64,000 nt of DNA from Mantamonas sphyraenae STR306 (taxonomy: Eukaryota > Protista > CRuMs): the NCBI GenBank assembly GCA_026936335.1, contig JAPMXV010000029.1, positions 310,001 through 374,000 of the forward strand, in the 5' to 3' direction. Of this stretch, positions 21,601-33,900 are shown in pieces; positions within the stretch are counted from its first letter, which is position 1; every line of letters starts with the position of its first letter. The translations under genes and the position numbers were made by a program. Below the pieces are notes generated by a model, which was not told the DNA's origin, did not search any database, and worked only from the letters and a program-made list of their open reading frames with translations.

Positions 21601-23321
21601 TCAAGCCACCACTTGCCCTGTATTCAGCCCAAACATCGCTGCGAGTGGGTAGTAGAAAATGATGGTGCCAAGGGCAGACGCAGGCAGCGTGACAAGCCAG
21701 CTGAGGCCAATTTTGCCCAACGTGCGACGGTCGATCTGACGCCAGTCATCGACGCATGCAATGCCCGCGATAGAGCCAATGAGGATCTGCGAGCTGGAAA
21801 CAGGGAGCCCGAGCCAGGAAGCGACCAGGACCGCTACAGCTGTGCTCACCTGCGCGCTGAAGCTGCGTGAGTGCGACATGGGAATGATCGACTCGCCCAC
21901 CGTCTCGATGACGCGCTTGCCAAATAGGGCGAGGCCGAGCACAATGCCCACGCCACCAATGATCATGATCCACACAGGCGCCACCGCGTCCACGGGATCG
22001 CCACGCAGCAGCTGCACACTTGTCCATACGCCAAACAGCGGTCCCGCTGCATTGGCGACATCGTTGGCTCCGTGTGCAAACGACACGCCCACCGCGCTCA
22101 CCACAATCAGCGGAACAAACAGAAACTCCGCCTTGACGAGCGAGCGCACACGAGCACTCGACGCCCCATCGCTGTCGTGACTCGAAGCACTGTTCCCACT
22201 CTCGCCGCTGTCGCCACTGTCCCTGCCGCTCCCCTCTGAGCTGCTGCTGCCACCCTGATTCTGGCCGTTTGCCTCCTCATCGCCTTCCGTGGTACTGCCG
22301 TACCCTTCCTCTGGGTGCTCCTCGTCATGTGCTCGCTTGTCCTGGTCATGCAGAATGCTCTGTGTGCTCTCGTGGTTCGGATGCACCGACAGGCCAGCAG
22401 ACAGCGTGCTCATGCCCTCCCGGGTCGCCGAGTGGGCACGAAGCAACGTCAATGTGCGCGGCACGATGAAATACCTCATTGCCAGATAAAACAACAGTGC
22501 ACAACCCAGTGCAATCAGTGCTGTTTGCCAGAATGGCAGCTCCACGCCGGGGATCCCTTTCTGCACGATGAAGACGGCAAAAACAAACGCCGTGGCCGCC
22601 CCCACAAACTGCACCCCCACCCTGGCGCTCTCAAAGGGGTCCTCTGCATGAAGGATGTACTTGCGCAGCAGCCAGAAAACGCCGTAGGCGATCAGCGCAC
22701 CCAGGATCGGCGACGTCACCCATGACAACGCGATGCGCAGAAGCACGTCTGCGTGGACGTGCGACACGTTTACAGCCAGCAACGCAAACGTCACCACGCT
22801 GCTCACGATACAGTGCGTCGTGGAAATGGGGAGCTTGAAGTACGTTGCGATTCCCATCCACACCGAACCAGACGCAAGCACGGACACAAAGCCCACCATG
22901 AGATTCAGCACAGCTTGTCCACGAAACAAACTCGGTTCTACCACGCCGTGCTGGATGGTCCCTGCCACCTGAGGTGTTCTCAATGGGGTGTCAGCGTGCG
23001 TTTGGGCTTCACACCAGGTTGCAATCGCCTCGGTAACGCGGGTACGTCGCCTACCTGAGCCCCCAGTGACACTGCACCCGAAAACTCGCAGATGCCACCG
23101 ATTATCACTGCGTTGCGCAGTGTCAACGCCTTGCTACCCACCGCAGTGCCCTGTACACGTGAAACAAAGAGTCAGACGACCACCAGCTGAACATTCTCAA
23201 ACCAGCGCCCCACACCACAACCTACAAACGCATTTGCCACGTCGTTTGCCCCAATGCCCACTGACATGGCAAACGACACCACGATGGAGATGCCCAAGAT
23301 CGCGTCTGCCACACCAGACAT
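21601..23321 (-). CDS. PiT/SLC20 (PHO4-family) inorganic phosphate transporter
   Basis: Two GANDVAN signature motifs, plus LPISTTH and GLPVSSSQ. Introns 23225-23151 and 23054-22969 give a continuous frame. Confidence 0.92.
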
Positions 23322-23460
23322 CACCAAGACGTTCCTGTTTCCTTGCCTCGCGTGCAGCATCCTTCTTCATTGTGTGCCTGCACACAAACCCACGACACAC
23401 TCAAAGCGCACCCCATCCATGGTTCACTTCCGCCATGCACTCAACAAAGTCTTTGGTCAA

Positions 23461-24099
23461 TCACCTGGGTGGCTCAGGTTCCCCTGGTCCATCCGCCTTT
23501 CCCTTGTGGTCCACCTCCTCTTCGCCACGCATGCCGTCGCGGTATCCCTGCAGAAACTGGCCAATGCTTTCACGCACCACGGCAAACCGCATCATCAGCG
23601 TGTCCTGCAGCATGGGGGCTTGCGTCGCCAATCTGTCCTTGGTTTGGTTCGCCGCTTCCATCAGCTGCTGCATCGCTCCTTCCCGCTCTTCCTTCTCCTG
23701 CTCATAGCGCACCAGTTCTGCGTCTTGTGACTCCCGGTACCGCTTCCACGACTGCTTGTACTCGCCCCACGCCTCTGAAAACGCTGTAGCGTGCTCAGCC
23801 ACACTCTTGCGTACCCCCGTCTCCACGTGCTCCGGCGGGTTTGGCAGCGCTGGCGGGTTCACGGCGTCCCACAAGTCATTCCACACTGACTCGTGTCCGG
23901 TATTTGCGCTTCTTGCTTCACCTTGACCCTCGCGGGCCTCTGGTCTCCGCCCTGTGTCCTCCTTCCCTTCCTGTGTCGCCATCCCGCGATGCCACACGCC
24001 ACTCACCCGTGCATGTGTGCCACCAAGTGAAACTTGTGTCCTTGACCATGTGTTGCGTGTGCATCCAAGGCCCATGTTGCCTGTGCTGCGCGCCCACAT
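23461..24099 (-). CDS. Uncharacterised, probably mitochondrial, coiled-coil protein
   Basis: Arg/Ser/Thr-rich N-terminus lacking acidic residues (MWARSTG...WHRGMATQ), resembling a mitochondrial presequence. Helical C-terminus VRESIGQFLQGYRDG. Confidence 0.55.
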   Translation of the reverse strand: MWARSTGNMGLGCTRNTWSRTQVSLGGTHARVSGVWHRGMATQEGKEDTGRRPEAREGQGEARSANTGHESVWNDLWDAVNPPALPNPPEHVETGVRKSVAEHATAFSEAWGEYKQSWKRYRESQDAELVRYEQEKEEREGAMQQLMEAANQTKDRLATQAPMLQDTLMMRFAVVRESIGQFLQGYRDGMRGEEEVDHKGKADGPGEPEPPR

Positions 24100-24142
24100 C
24101 CAAACCCGCAGCTTACCTCTGTCTCGACTTTGGATTGTCGCC

Positions 24143-26652
24143 ATGAGCGCATCCTCCCTCAAGTCGCTCGGTTACATGGACGACCTCATCCGCGAGTACC
24201 TTGTCTTTCGTGGCTTCATCAACGCCTTCCGTGCCTTTGACAACGACAAAAAAACTGATCGCCTCAAAGGGTTCAATGTAGACCGCCTCGTCGACTCTCT
24301 GTACAGCCACATCCAAACCTTTGACTACAAAGGCATGGTGTCCTTCTGGCAGTACCTCAACCAGCGTTTCTTCTCATACCTCGACGGCGACTACGACGAC
24401 ACCATTGCCAAACTCTTTGTCTCCCTCCAGCGTCTCTATGTCGTCAACTGCGTCCGCTTCCGCCGCACAGACAAGCTTGAGGGTATGTGCAACCTTTCAG
24501 CCCGATTCTGCTTCTCCTGCTTCTCTGTCCGCTCAGAACTGTTCTCTTCCGCCCGTGGTTCACCCGGCCCCTCTCTTTGTGTACTGACCCCCAGGCCCTT
24601 CGCCGACGCCTACACGCGTGTGCAACTCCCATCGCGTCCATGCATCGTCCCCACCCACTCACAACAGAGTTTTTCACCGCCAATGTCGATGAGCTCACCG
24701 CAGGCACGCAGTGGCAGGCCTGGTTTGGTAAGTGTGTCGCTGCGTGTACCCGGCGCCCCAGGCTCGTGTTCACCTCTGCACCGTGCTCGCCACTCACGGC
24801 CCGCGTCCACATGTTCCACAGCCCTGCCGTACATCAAGTCTCCCGAAACAGATCCCACGTTTGAGGTCTATTTCAGCAAACACTGGATGGAAACCTTTAC
24901 CCTGTCCCTGCAGAACTTCCTGAGCACCGTCCTCCGCTCCATGGGCTTGCCCAAGCTGCTCAACTTCAACACAGAACGCCTGCTGCGCGAGAAGCTGTCT
25001 GAGGATCTGCGAGCAGCCAAAGCCGAAGCCGACAAGCTCCGCGCCGAACTGCACGCCCTCCAAGAGGCCCAGGCTCAGGCTCAGGCAAGCCAGCAGGCCA
25101 TGGTCAACAGTTCAGGCACTGCAAAGCGCAGAGAGACCTTTTCCCTCAAGGATGTGTTCAAAAGTAAGCGGCAACCCGGCGACCACTCGGTCCAGCACCC
25201 ACGCCACCTCTCACACAGTCACACTCACGCCCGCCGCCTTGCTCAGAGTCTGGAAAGACCAATTCGCAGGCCAACATGAGCGTCAGTGTGCCTTTGGATG
25301 TCTCGTCGCCGTCACGTGCAAACATGGTGACCTCGGAACGCTTGCGCGACTCGCTGACCACGTCGTCAGTTTATCCGACCGCGTCGCCCGAAGTGCTCAA
25401 TCTCGATGAAAAGTTGTACAGCGTCCGAGAAGAAGCTTCCGGCGGCGACGAAGACAACGGGGCCAACGAACAAGACGTAGATGGCGCAGACAGTGACGAA
25501 GAGGCAGAAGAGGCAGACGAAGCGGAGCCTGAGGACGACGGGGATGCAGTCGGCGACGACGACGCCTTGGATTACCAGGTGCAACTGCAACGTGTCATTG
25601 CAGGCCACACCGCAAGTGTGACGTGCGCCAAGTTCTCCACCACGGGTACCATGATTGCTAGCGGGTCGTCCGACGGTACCGTCCGCGTGTCCAACTTTAA
25701 CATCGACGACAGCAGCAGCAGCAGCAGCAGCAGCAGTCCAGGCGGCACAGGGAAGACCACAAGCGTGTATTGCGGCTCCAAGATCCGCTCGCTGTGTTGG
25801 GACAGCCGCGCAAGCAAAATCCTCTATTGCGGCTCCTCGACTCGCACAGTCGTCCTGTGGTCCAGTGAGACCAGCCAAGTGTGCGGGGAAATCCTCAGCT
25901 CCGCCTCCATGCCTGAGATATCCGCCCTCGTCACGTCACCAACAGACCCATTGCTGGCCATGGCCTCCTCGTCTGGTTCCACGGGTGCCGACACGGGCGA
26001 ACTCAGCGTCTGGAACGTAAAGACGGCCCAACAGCTTTACTCGCTCGCTTTGGATCCGGCTCCCACGTGTGTCAATACCATGTGCTTCAACCACAACGGC
26101 AGCATGCTTTTCACAGGCGGCGCGGACGGCATGATGCGCATCTACGACATGAACTCGGGCAACTCGCTCATGGGCTGGTTTGCGCACGAAGGCGCCGTCG
26201 CTTCGCTCGCCCTCACCGCAAACGAAACGTCCATTCTGACTCTTGGAACGGACGGGTCCCTCTACGAATGGTCACTGCACAAGTTTGGTCACCGGTCCAT
26301 GAGCCTGAACCTGGGCCAGTTCCGCCTCCCGCAGCACAACCCGCAGGGACTTGGGCTGCAGATGGCCCTCAACGCAGACTGCTCCAAGGTTCTCCTCACC
26401 TCGTTTGACAACGATGCCCGCCTGTACTCTCTCCGCTCGCAACGCCTCCTCCAAACCATTGGCGACCACGCCGCCCCCGTCGTCACCGTCGATTTCCATC
26501 CCACCCAGCCCATTTGCCTCACGGGCTCTGTAGACCACACCCTCCGCGTGAACCGCCTTGTCGGCGTCGAAAAAGGCAGCATGCGATCCTCCTCCTCCTT
26601 CATGGACAACTTGGGAGGCATGGGGGACGCCAGCGCCAGCGCAGCCACGTGA
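24143..26652 (+). CDS. WDR91: WD repeat protein 91 (SORF1), endosomal
   Basis: N-terminus DDLIREYLVFRGF..AF..D...D..KGF.VD...FWQYLNQRFFS, then WFALPYIKSPE.DP.F..YFS..W...F.LSLQNFLS, a coiled coil and C-terminal WD40 repeats (FNHNGSMLFTGGADGMMRIYD). Three introns (approx. 24483-24667, 24728-24820, 25164-25246). Confidence 0.9.
25710..25736. repeat. (CAG)9 microsatellite encoding poly-Ser in WDR91
   Basis: Directly visible. Confidence 0.9.
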
Positions 26653-26693
26653 CCAGATCCAAAGTTGAAGAATACACCCAATCATCAACACCA

Positions 26694-27925
26694 ATGTCCA
26701 GCAACACCGATAACACAGACACCGACACATACGACGCCGGTGCAGACTTCAAGAAGTTCGACAAGATCGGGCTGACATCTGCCAAGTTTGCGTTCAGGTC
26801 GGTCAGGGACGAGCGCAAGATCATGCAGCAGACAGACTGGGTAGCCACCGAGAAGATTCATGGCTCCAACGTGTGCTTCAACGTGTTTGGAAGCGACAGG
26901 GACACAGTGACGCTGGGGCGGAGGAACGGGTTCATCACGCCGAAAGACAAGTTTTTCTACACCGCTGGTGTCGTGGAAGCGTACGGCGACAAGGTCAAGC
27001 AATTGGCAGCGTATCTCATGGACAACAAGGAAGCGGTTGAGTCTTCGCTGGCCTCTGTCGAGCGTGTCTCTGTGTTTGGCGAGCTCTTTGGCGGCGGCTA
27101 CCCGCACAAGGTACGTGCGAATCAGCAGAAAACACACACTCCCAAAACCCTCAGAAGTGCAAACGGTGTCGGTTCCACGAATACCGCCACTGACACCCGA
27201 ATCCCCTTTGGTTCGCACAGGATGTGGAGCAAAAGGAGCACACGATCATCCAGGAAGGTCTGTACTACACGCCGGACATTGACTGGTGGGTGTTTGACAT
27301 CTACGTGGGAGGCGAAGACGGCGAGGGCCACCGATACGGCAAGTACCTCGACTACGAGGACACCATTGCTCTGGTGGACCAGTTTGAGCTGCGCAGGGTG
27401 CCCGAACTGCACCGTGGCTCGTTCACCGAGTGTGCAAACCACGAGTACTCGTTCCAGACCACGGTGCCCGACGTGTTTGGACTGCCTCCCATCGAAAACA
27501 ACACCGCAGAAGGTATTGTCATCAAGCCCGTGCGCAACCACAACGTCTTCCTCAAGGGCAACGCACGCATTGCCGTCAAGATCAAATCCGAGAATTTCCA
27601 GGAAGTTCATCCCAGCCAATGGAGCAACGTCAAGAAGCTCAACGGCATGTCACAAGCAATGGCCGCCATGTATCTGGCCGCAGAGGAGCGCATCAACTCG
27701 CAGCGCCTGAACAACGTCGTCAGCAAGTTTGGTGAGCCGAACAAGGACGACGGCCCTGAACTCGTATCGCTCCTCGTTGAGGACGCGTTTGAGTCTCTGT
27801 TCGAGGACGTTGCCGAAGGGTATGCCCAGCTGACCTCTGGCGAACAATCGCGTCTCACGGGTGAGATGAACAGCATGGCCAAGGCGGTGGTGAATCAAAG
27901 CAGCTGGATGCGTGCCACGGAATGA
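26694..27925 (+). CDS. ATP-dependent RNA ligase, Rnl2 family (T4 Rnl2 / kinetoplastid REL-like)
   Basis: Nucleotidyltransferase motifs I (EKIHGSN), III (GELFGGGYPH), IIIa (VFDI), IV (AEGIVIKP) and V (VKIK...F.E). Rnl2 C-domain RLNNVVSKFG...LVEDA. One intron, 27111-27220. Confidence 0.88.
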
Positions 27926-27951
27926 ACTGCTCATTTCGTCAACCTCACACC

Positions 27952-28770
27952 TCACACACACTGGTTGGCAAGTGCTTGCAGACCCGCTCGGGCCGTCTCC
28001 TGGTCCCGCAGAGCACGGCCGTGCGCGAAGGAAATCGCCTGCACGTCCCTGTCCTTCAGCGAGAGCACAAATTTGCGACACGCATCCTTGTCCTGCATCA
28101 TGAACCAACGGTGAATGCGCGAAAACTTGGGCGTCTTTCCGTCGCCAGCCGTGTCCAGCAGCAGCTTGAACAAGGTGGTGACAAAGCCGGTGAGTTTCGA
28201 GCCGTCCAGATTGAAGGCAAAGTCGGTGAAGAGCAGCACAACCTCGTCAGGTTTGTCCGCGTTGTGGTGAAGAGCCACAACGTAGCCTGCGTCTGCCTTG
28301 ACTCCATCTGCCACCAGAAGCTCCACCTCTTCTTGATCCTGCACGAATTCCTCCAAGGAACGACCCACGACGCCCTTCTTCTGGAAATGTTCCTTGGCAC
28401 TGGATGGCCACACGCACATGGCGTTGGGGAAGCGTTTGCTCCATTGAAGGATGTCCATGTCGTGCCAGGTGTTTGGGGCGCACACGACACTGACCGTCCC
28501 CAGTTCTTCGATCTGCGCGAGCAGCTTGTCGGGAACACAGATGGCCGAAAACACCATCAGGTCGCCCTCGTTGAGACGAAAGATGGTCATGACGCGCATG
28601 AGACCCTTGGGCATGATTGCACGCACCTCCCACACGCGCTCGGTGAGTTGGTTCAGAGGCCCAACCTTTTCCGGCGTGTGTGCCTTCCACGAGGGATCGG
28701 AGGTGCCGTAGCTGAACGTTGCGGCAAATCCAACCACAATGACAATGACAATGAGCACGAGCCACCACAT
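27952..28770 (-). CDS. DUF4336-family (metallo-beta-lactamase-like fold) protein with N-terminal signal anchor
   Basis: MTIFRLNEGDLMVFSA...IEELGTVSVVCAPNTWH...W..RFP.A, FTD and AHG motifs. Intronless. Hydrophobic N-terminus MWWLVLIVIVIVVGF. Confidence 0.72.
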   Translation of the reverse strand: MWWLVLIVIVIVVGFAATFSYGTSDPSWKAHTPEKVGPLNQLTERVWEVRAIMPKGLMRVMTIFRLNEGDLMVFSAICVPDKLLAQIEELGTVSVVCAPNTWHDMDILQWSKRFPNAMCVWPSSAKEHFQKKGVVGRSLEEFVQDQEEVELLVADGVKADAGYVVALHHNADKPDEVVLLFTDFAFNLDGSKLTGFVTTLFKLLLDTAGDGKTPKFSRIHRWFMMQDKDACRKFVLSLKDRDVQAISFAHGRALRDQETARAGLQALANQCV

Positions 28771-28863
28771 GTTGCCCTCTTCTTGTCCGTTGCATGCGCG
28801 AGGGCAACAACGACCGCAGTCAGTCAGCAGGGCCTGCGCTCTCAGTGCCAGCGCAACCTCGAC

Positions 28864-29623
28864 ATGGATCCTTCTGGCTCGGAATCCACCCCGGGTGTCA
28901 TCTCACGCGGCCAGGTCTTCCCCGAGGATGCCCAAACGGAGGAACGGGACCTGCACAGGTTGGACGAGCACGCACAACGCTCCAGCGGCAATGCAGACGG
29001 TAACGACGACCAGTATTACATCCCCAGCGACTTTCAGGTGCCCGGTCTCGAAGTTCCCGACGATCCCAAGCAGGATGAGCAGCAGAATGGCTTCATGATG
29101 GGTGACATGGACGTGCCGGGCATCGAACCCGTCGCACCGCCGCCCGAACGCGAAGGCGCCAGTGCAGGTGCCATGGGCTACGCCGCTCCCATGGGCTCCG
29201 GTGTATATGTGAAAAAGGGCGAGGTCGTCCACCAAATGGAGGGCATGGGAGACATGATGCGCAGGTACGTCTGCACACACCCGTTTTCCTGCGCCTTTCC
29301 TCGTGCACCGCACACAGTCCGTTTGACACCCTTGGCTCGCACACACACACGCAGAATGTCTCGTTCCTGCACGCGCAAGTGCATCAAAAAGTACAAAGAC
29401 GGCCACTTGTTCGAAGGCGAATACACATGTCTGGACAGGTACGCCTACTGCAGCCGTGCGCACCCCTGGTGCGCATTCCACGTCGCCCCACACTTACACA
29501 ACGCCCCTTCCCGCCCTCCTCAGGTGCACTGAAAAGTACATGTCCGTCACCGCACTGGTGGGCAAGCGCATGATGGAGGCCCAGAAACGGGCCATGGAGC
29601 AATTGCAGGAGATGCAAGGATGA
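28864..29623 (+). CDS. TIM10: Mitochondrial small Tim chaperone Tim10 with long acidic N-terminal extension
   Basis: Introns 29265-29354 and 29439-29523 give MEGMGDMMRRMSRSCTRKCIKKYKDGHLFEGEYTCLDRCTEKYMSVTALVGKRM, a twin CX3C motif with the Tim10-type GE..CLDRC..KY. Confidence 0.85.
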
Positions 29624-29649
29624 AACAAACGTCCATTTCAAAAACTCCC

Positions 29650-30855
29650 TCACAGCGTCTCCACCAGAGCACGCTGCATCTTGGCAATGCGCGACTTGAT
29701 CGACAAATCGATCTGCTGGTCCTCCAGATCCACAGTCAGACCGCCCAGGATGCTCTCGTCCACCTTGGTCTTCAGCTCCAGCTTCTGACCCTTGGACACG
29801 AAAGCCTGCAGCGCCTCCGTCAGCTGCTTCTCGTTTGCCTTGTCCAGAGGCTGCGGGAGAGTGGTGGTGGAGTGTGTGTGTGTGTGTGTGTGCGTATGTA
29901 TGGTGTGTTCGGTGTCAGCAATGTGCCCCTTTCCCGTCACAAAACGCTGATCTGCTGCTTCGCCACATGCCCTCGAGCTGCCGATTCCTCGGCTCCGACC
30001 TGCTCCCACACGCCAACTATAGCTCCTCCACGCTGTGTACACCCAACTCACCGTGGCTGTGGTCACGGTGGCCTGCACAATGCCCTTGTGCGCAAGCATC
30101 ACCTCCTCGAATGTGTCCAGGATCGCCTGCGTCTTGTTCAGACGGCCGTTCTCAGCCACCACGCGGAAGAAGTCGCTCGTCGTCTTGTTCGCGTTCAGCT
30201 TGCTCAGCACACCGTTCATGGCGGCAATCTTGGCCTTTGTCTTCACCAGCGGGTTGCCTGTGTCCCATCCCATCGTCATCCCGCCATCCGTGTCAGCCTC
30301 TTCATCCCTACGCCGTTTTTCTCCCCGAGAGGGGAAAATCACCCGCCCCGCGCGCCAATCCCCTCCAACCGTCCGTCCGCCCATCCATTTCCCACCAACA
30401 AGCCCACGCACTCCCACAGACTACCCATGCCTCTGCTCGGCCCTTCCACCCTCCTCATCGACTTACCCAGTGTCTCCTGCAGCTCCTTGGACGAGTCCAG
30501 AGCCTTGCTCACGCCAGCCAGGTCCTTTGCCACCGCGTCCAACGCCTTGTTCTTGCTTGCTGCGCTGTACAGCGCGTTGCAGTAGCGTGCAGACAGGCCA
30601 AACAGACGCTTCGGCGGCTGCACCATCGGGCTGCTCGACACGTCGACGTCGCCACCCTTCTTCTTCGCCGCCTTATCGGCGTAGCCACGCTGCGGAGCGG
30701 TCCAAATTTCCTCACAGCCTCGTCAGCCTCATGGGTCCGCTGCTCCCCTTTACCACCCACACACCACTCACTCACGCGCAACTTACCACAGACACGGCAG
30801 ACACCACCTCGCTGCGCACCAGACTGGAGCTCGACTTGACACTGCGGACAAACAT
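29650..30855 (-). CDS. ATP5PO: Mitochondrial ATP synthase OSCP (subunit O)
   Basis: Presequence MFVRSVKSS...RGYA, then PPKRLFGLSARYCNALYSAA, NPLV, VAENGRL, ATVTTA and VDESILGGLTVDLEDQQIDLSIKSRI. Three introns. Confidence 0.92.
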
Positions 30856-30923
30856 GCTGATCAAGTTGTGGGGTTTGGAGTGCCGGCCCGTGCGCTAGAG
30901 CCACCAGCACACTCCCAAGAACC

Positions 30924-33900
30924 ATGGACATCTTCACCAAGCTGGCCCTCCTCATCCTCCTGGCCCTTCTCGGCCGTTGGCTGGCCAGCTTCCTGCTCCT
31001 CTACCTTGGCCAGCGCCTCGCAGGCGCTGCCTTCAAGTTCGAGCAGCTCGGCTTTGGCTACTTGACCCGCCTCGCCTACGACACACAGCTTGAGGCCCCT
31101 CCCACACACCACTACGACCTCTCACTCGTCCTCCACAAGCTCGCCATTGTGCCCAATTTCTCCTTCCTCCCAGAGCCCTTCCGCTACAGCTCAGAGTTGG
31201 CTGTCCCGGCCCAGCGACTTTTTACGATCCATTTCGACTCGATCTCTCTCCGCGCCTGCCTTGCAGACGGCCCCGCAGAAAGCCCATCCCCCTCCACCAT
31301 GCCGTCCTCTACCAAGCCTCTCTCTCGCTCCTCCTCCACCACCGCCTCCTCTTCTTCCAAACTCAAGCAGTGGCTCCTCGAGAAGGGGCTCCTCTTCCTC
31401 TCTCGCTGGTTTGAACTCGTCATCGACGACCTGCAAATCCAACTCCAGATGGTCCGTGCCATGCCTCCTGCCTCCCTTCCCTACCTTTCCTGCCCCGTGC
31501 ACTCGATTCCCAGCTCCCCCACACACCACTTTCGCTCGCCAAGCCATTGCGCCCTCCCGCCACACGCCCCACCTCACACACGCGTTCCTGCACACCCCCG
31601 TCGCCCCGCTGCCCCACCCCTGCACACAGCCCGAAGCCACAGTCTCCTTTTCTTTGCCTCGCCTCACCGTCGACACAGCATACTCCTTCCAGAACAACGT
31701 CGTCCTCGCTCGCGTCAACACAGCCGGTGCCGCCGTTCGCTTCTGCGACACCGAACGCTGCACCCTCCTCGACCTCGACCGTGCCTCCCACCAGGCCACT
31801 CTCGACGCCTCGGCCGTCCATCAATGTGGCATGGCCCACTCCTGCTCCCTCCTCTCCGTGCAGCCAGTCTCCCTTGAAGCAAAGGTGACTCCACACCGGA
31901 ACAGGCCCGTCTCCCTCACCCTCTCCACACAGGGACTCCACCTCAATCTCGACAACGTCCTGTTTTCACGCATACACGCCCTCATGGACCAGCTCGCAAA
32001 TCACCTGCCCGTCCTCCCCAACAAGAAGGCTGCGCAGGTCAACCCCGCCGCAGAAAACGACATTCACGCCCCGTCTGCAAGCCCTAGGCCCACCGCAAAG
32101 CTGTCAAACACATCCAGGCTCTATTCTCTCATCCCAGAGTCTTTTACCATCCGTGTGGACACCCTCTCTATCTCCATGGCCGACGACAAGGCTAGCTCGC
32201 TCACGCTCGCCTTCGACTCCCTCGTCGCCGCCTCATCCCTCTCCTACATCCAGGACGCACAGTTCACCACTGAGCTTGCCACGATCTCTGTACAGATTGA
32301 CTTTCGTGGCCCGTCCCTGCGTTGCGACAACATGCCCGACGTCCTGCCAAACCAGCCCATCCTCGACACAACCACAAGCGTCCGCATCGAGGCCCAGACC
32401 AAGGAGAAGCTCGTCAAGGTGCCTGGTACGGACAACATGCATACCTCCATCTACATTCCTCACTCCATCACCGTGGACACCCTCTTCCAGGACCTGCAAC
32501 TCAACCAGGCTGGCCAGACCGCCATCACCTGGCTCCTCTACGCCTGGAAGCAGCAGATGATCTGGGCTCCACGCTTCTCTCGTGTCCAACGCACCCTCAA
32601 GTCCTTCACCAAGAAGGCCGACACCGCAAAGAGGCGCGGTAACATCGACCAGCAACACTCCTGGCTCAACGCAACCCTTGGCCTCACCTGCAAATTCACC
32701 AACGCGCATATCGGCCTCGACAACATCACAGGTGCCCCTCTGGCTTCCCTCAATGTCCAGGCCATCAGTCTTCTCGCAGAGACTGCCGGCAATCCGTCAG
32801 TCCAGTCCCACGCTCTTCGCCTCAATCTCACCGTCGAACAGCTTGCAGGCACCCTCGCTGGACAGAATGCTCCCACTGCGGCCTTTGCACGCTCCTATCC
32901 AACCCACATCCCAGGCCGCCTCCTCTCCACAGACTCCCTCACCCTTGACACCGAGCTCACTCTCCAGACGCGCAAGCTCAGCAACATCAGCATTGCCGGC
33001 TCATCCATACATGCTCAGGCAAGCTCCCAGCTCATTGCAACAGCTGTGGAGCTCATGGATTGTCTCAAGCACCCGCTCAGCAAGGCCCGCAAGTACGCAG
33101 ACAAGGCCAAAGAGATCAAAGCCAAGCAGCAGAAGGAGAAACTCGAGTTCAAGTTGCAGCTGCAACAATCCTCCGACCCCGCCTCCTCCACACACACACC
33201 ATCGGAGGCAGACTCTCTCCAGGGCGACCTTTCCTCCGACAACGAACCCAGTACAACCACAGCCCTCCGGGAAAAGGGTCTCGAACGGCCCGACCAGCCC
33301 ATCCGCGCGTTTCTCCAGGATGTCCGCATCGCCGTTGTTGACGACCTCAAGCGGCCCCGCTGCGGCCTGCTTTCCCTCCACTTTGAGCTGATCAACCTTG
33401 AGGACGACGCCGTCGAACGTGTCCGTCGCACAAACATCCAGGACATCTTTGTTCGCGTCAGCACTCCCGTCGCCTCTACCAGTGACCACGCCGCCCAGGA
33501 ACACACTCTCCTTGCAGTCACCAGCGTCCACCTCGTGCGCACACGACTCCCCGGTCGCGTCACACGGTATGCCGACCAGATCAAGGCCCCTAGCATCGCC
33601 GTCGAGTGGAATCTCAACGCACACTTTGGCCTCACCAAGCTTGCCTTTCACTTGAAAGACCTGGTCGAGCTCAACAAGCACTCCTTGGGGCTCGCGTCCA
33701 AGCGCAAACACAAAAAGAGGCAGGATGCAGCGGATACCGCTGTCGCACACAATAGCCCATCGGCCGCCAACTCCAGTGGTTCACACACTTCTTCTTCCTC
33801 CTCATCCGATGCATCTGCCTCGAAACTGGATTCGGAAGCAGATCCCGCTGATTCCGCACAACTTTCCCCAGGAAACGATGCCACGACTCCGTCTGCCTCT

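Noticed and set aside
26694-27925. Rnl2 ligase as evidence for kinetoplastid identity or U-indel editing
   Set aside because: Abundant cis-introns and alternating gene orientation are unlike kinetoplastids, and the ligase lacks a mitochondrial presequence.
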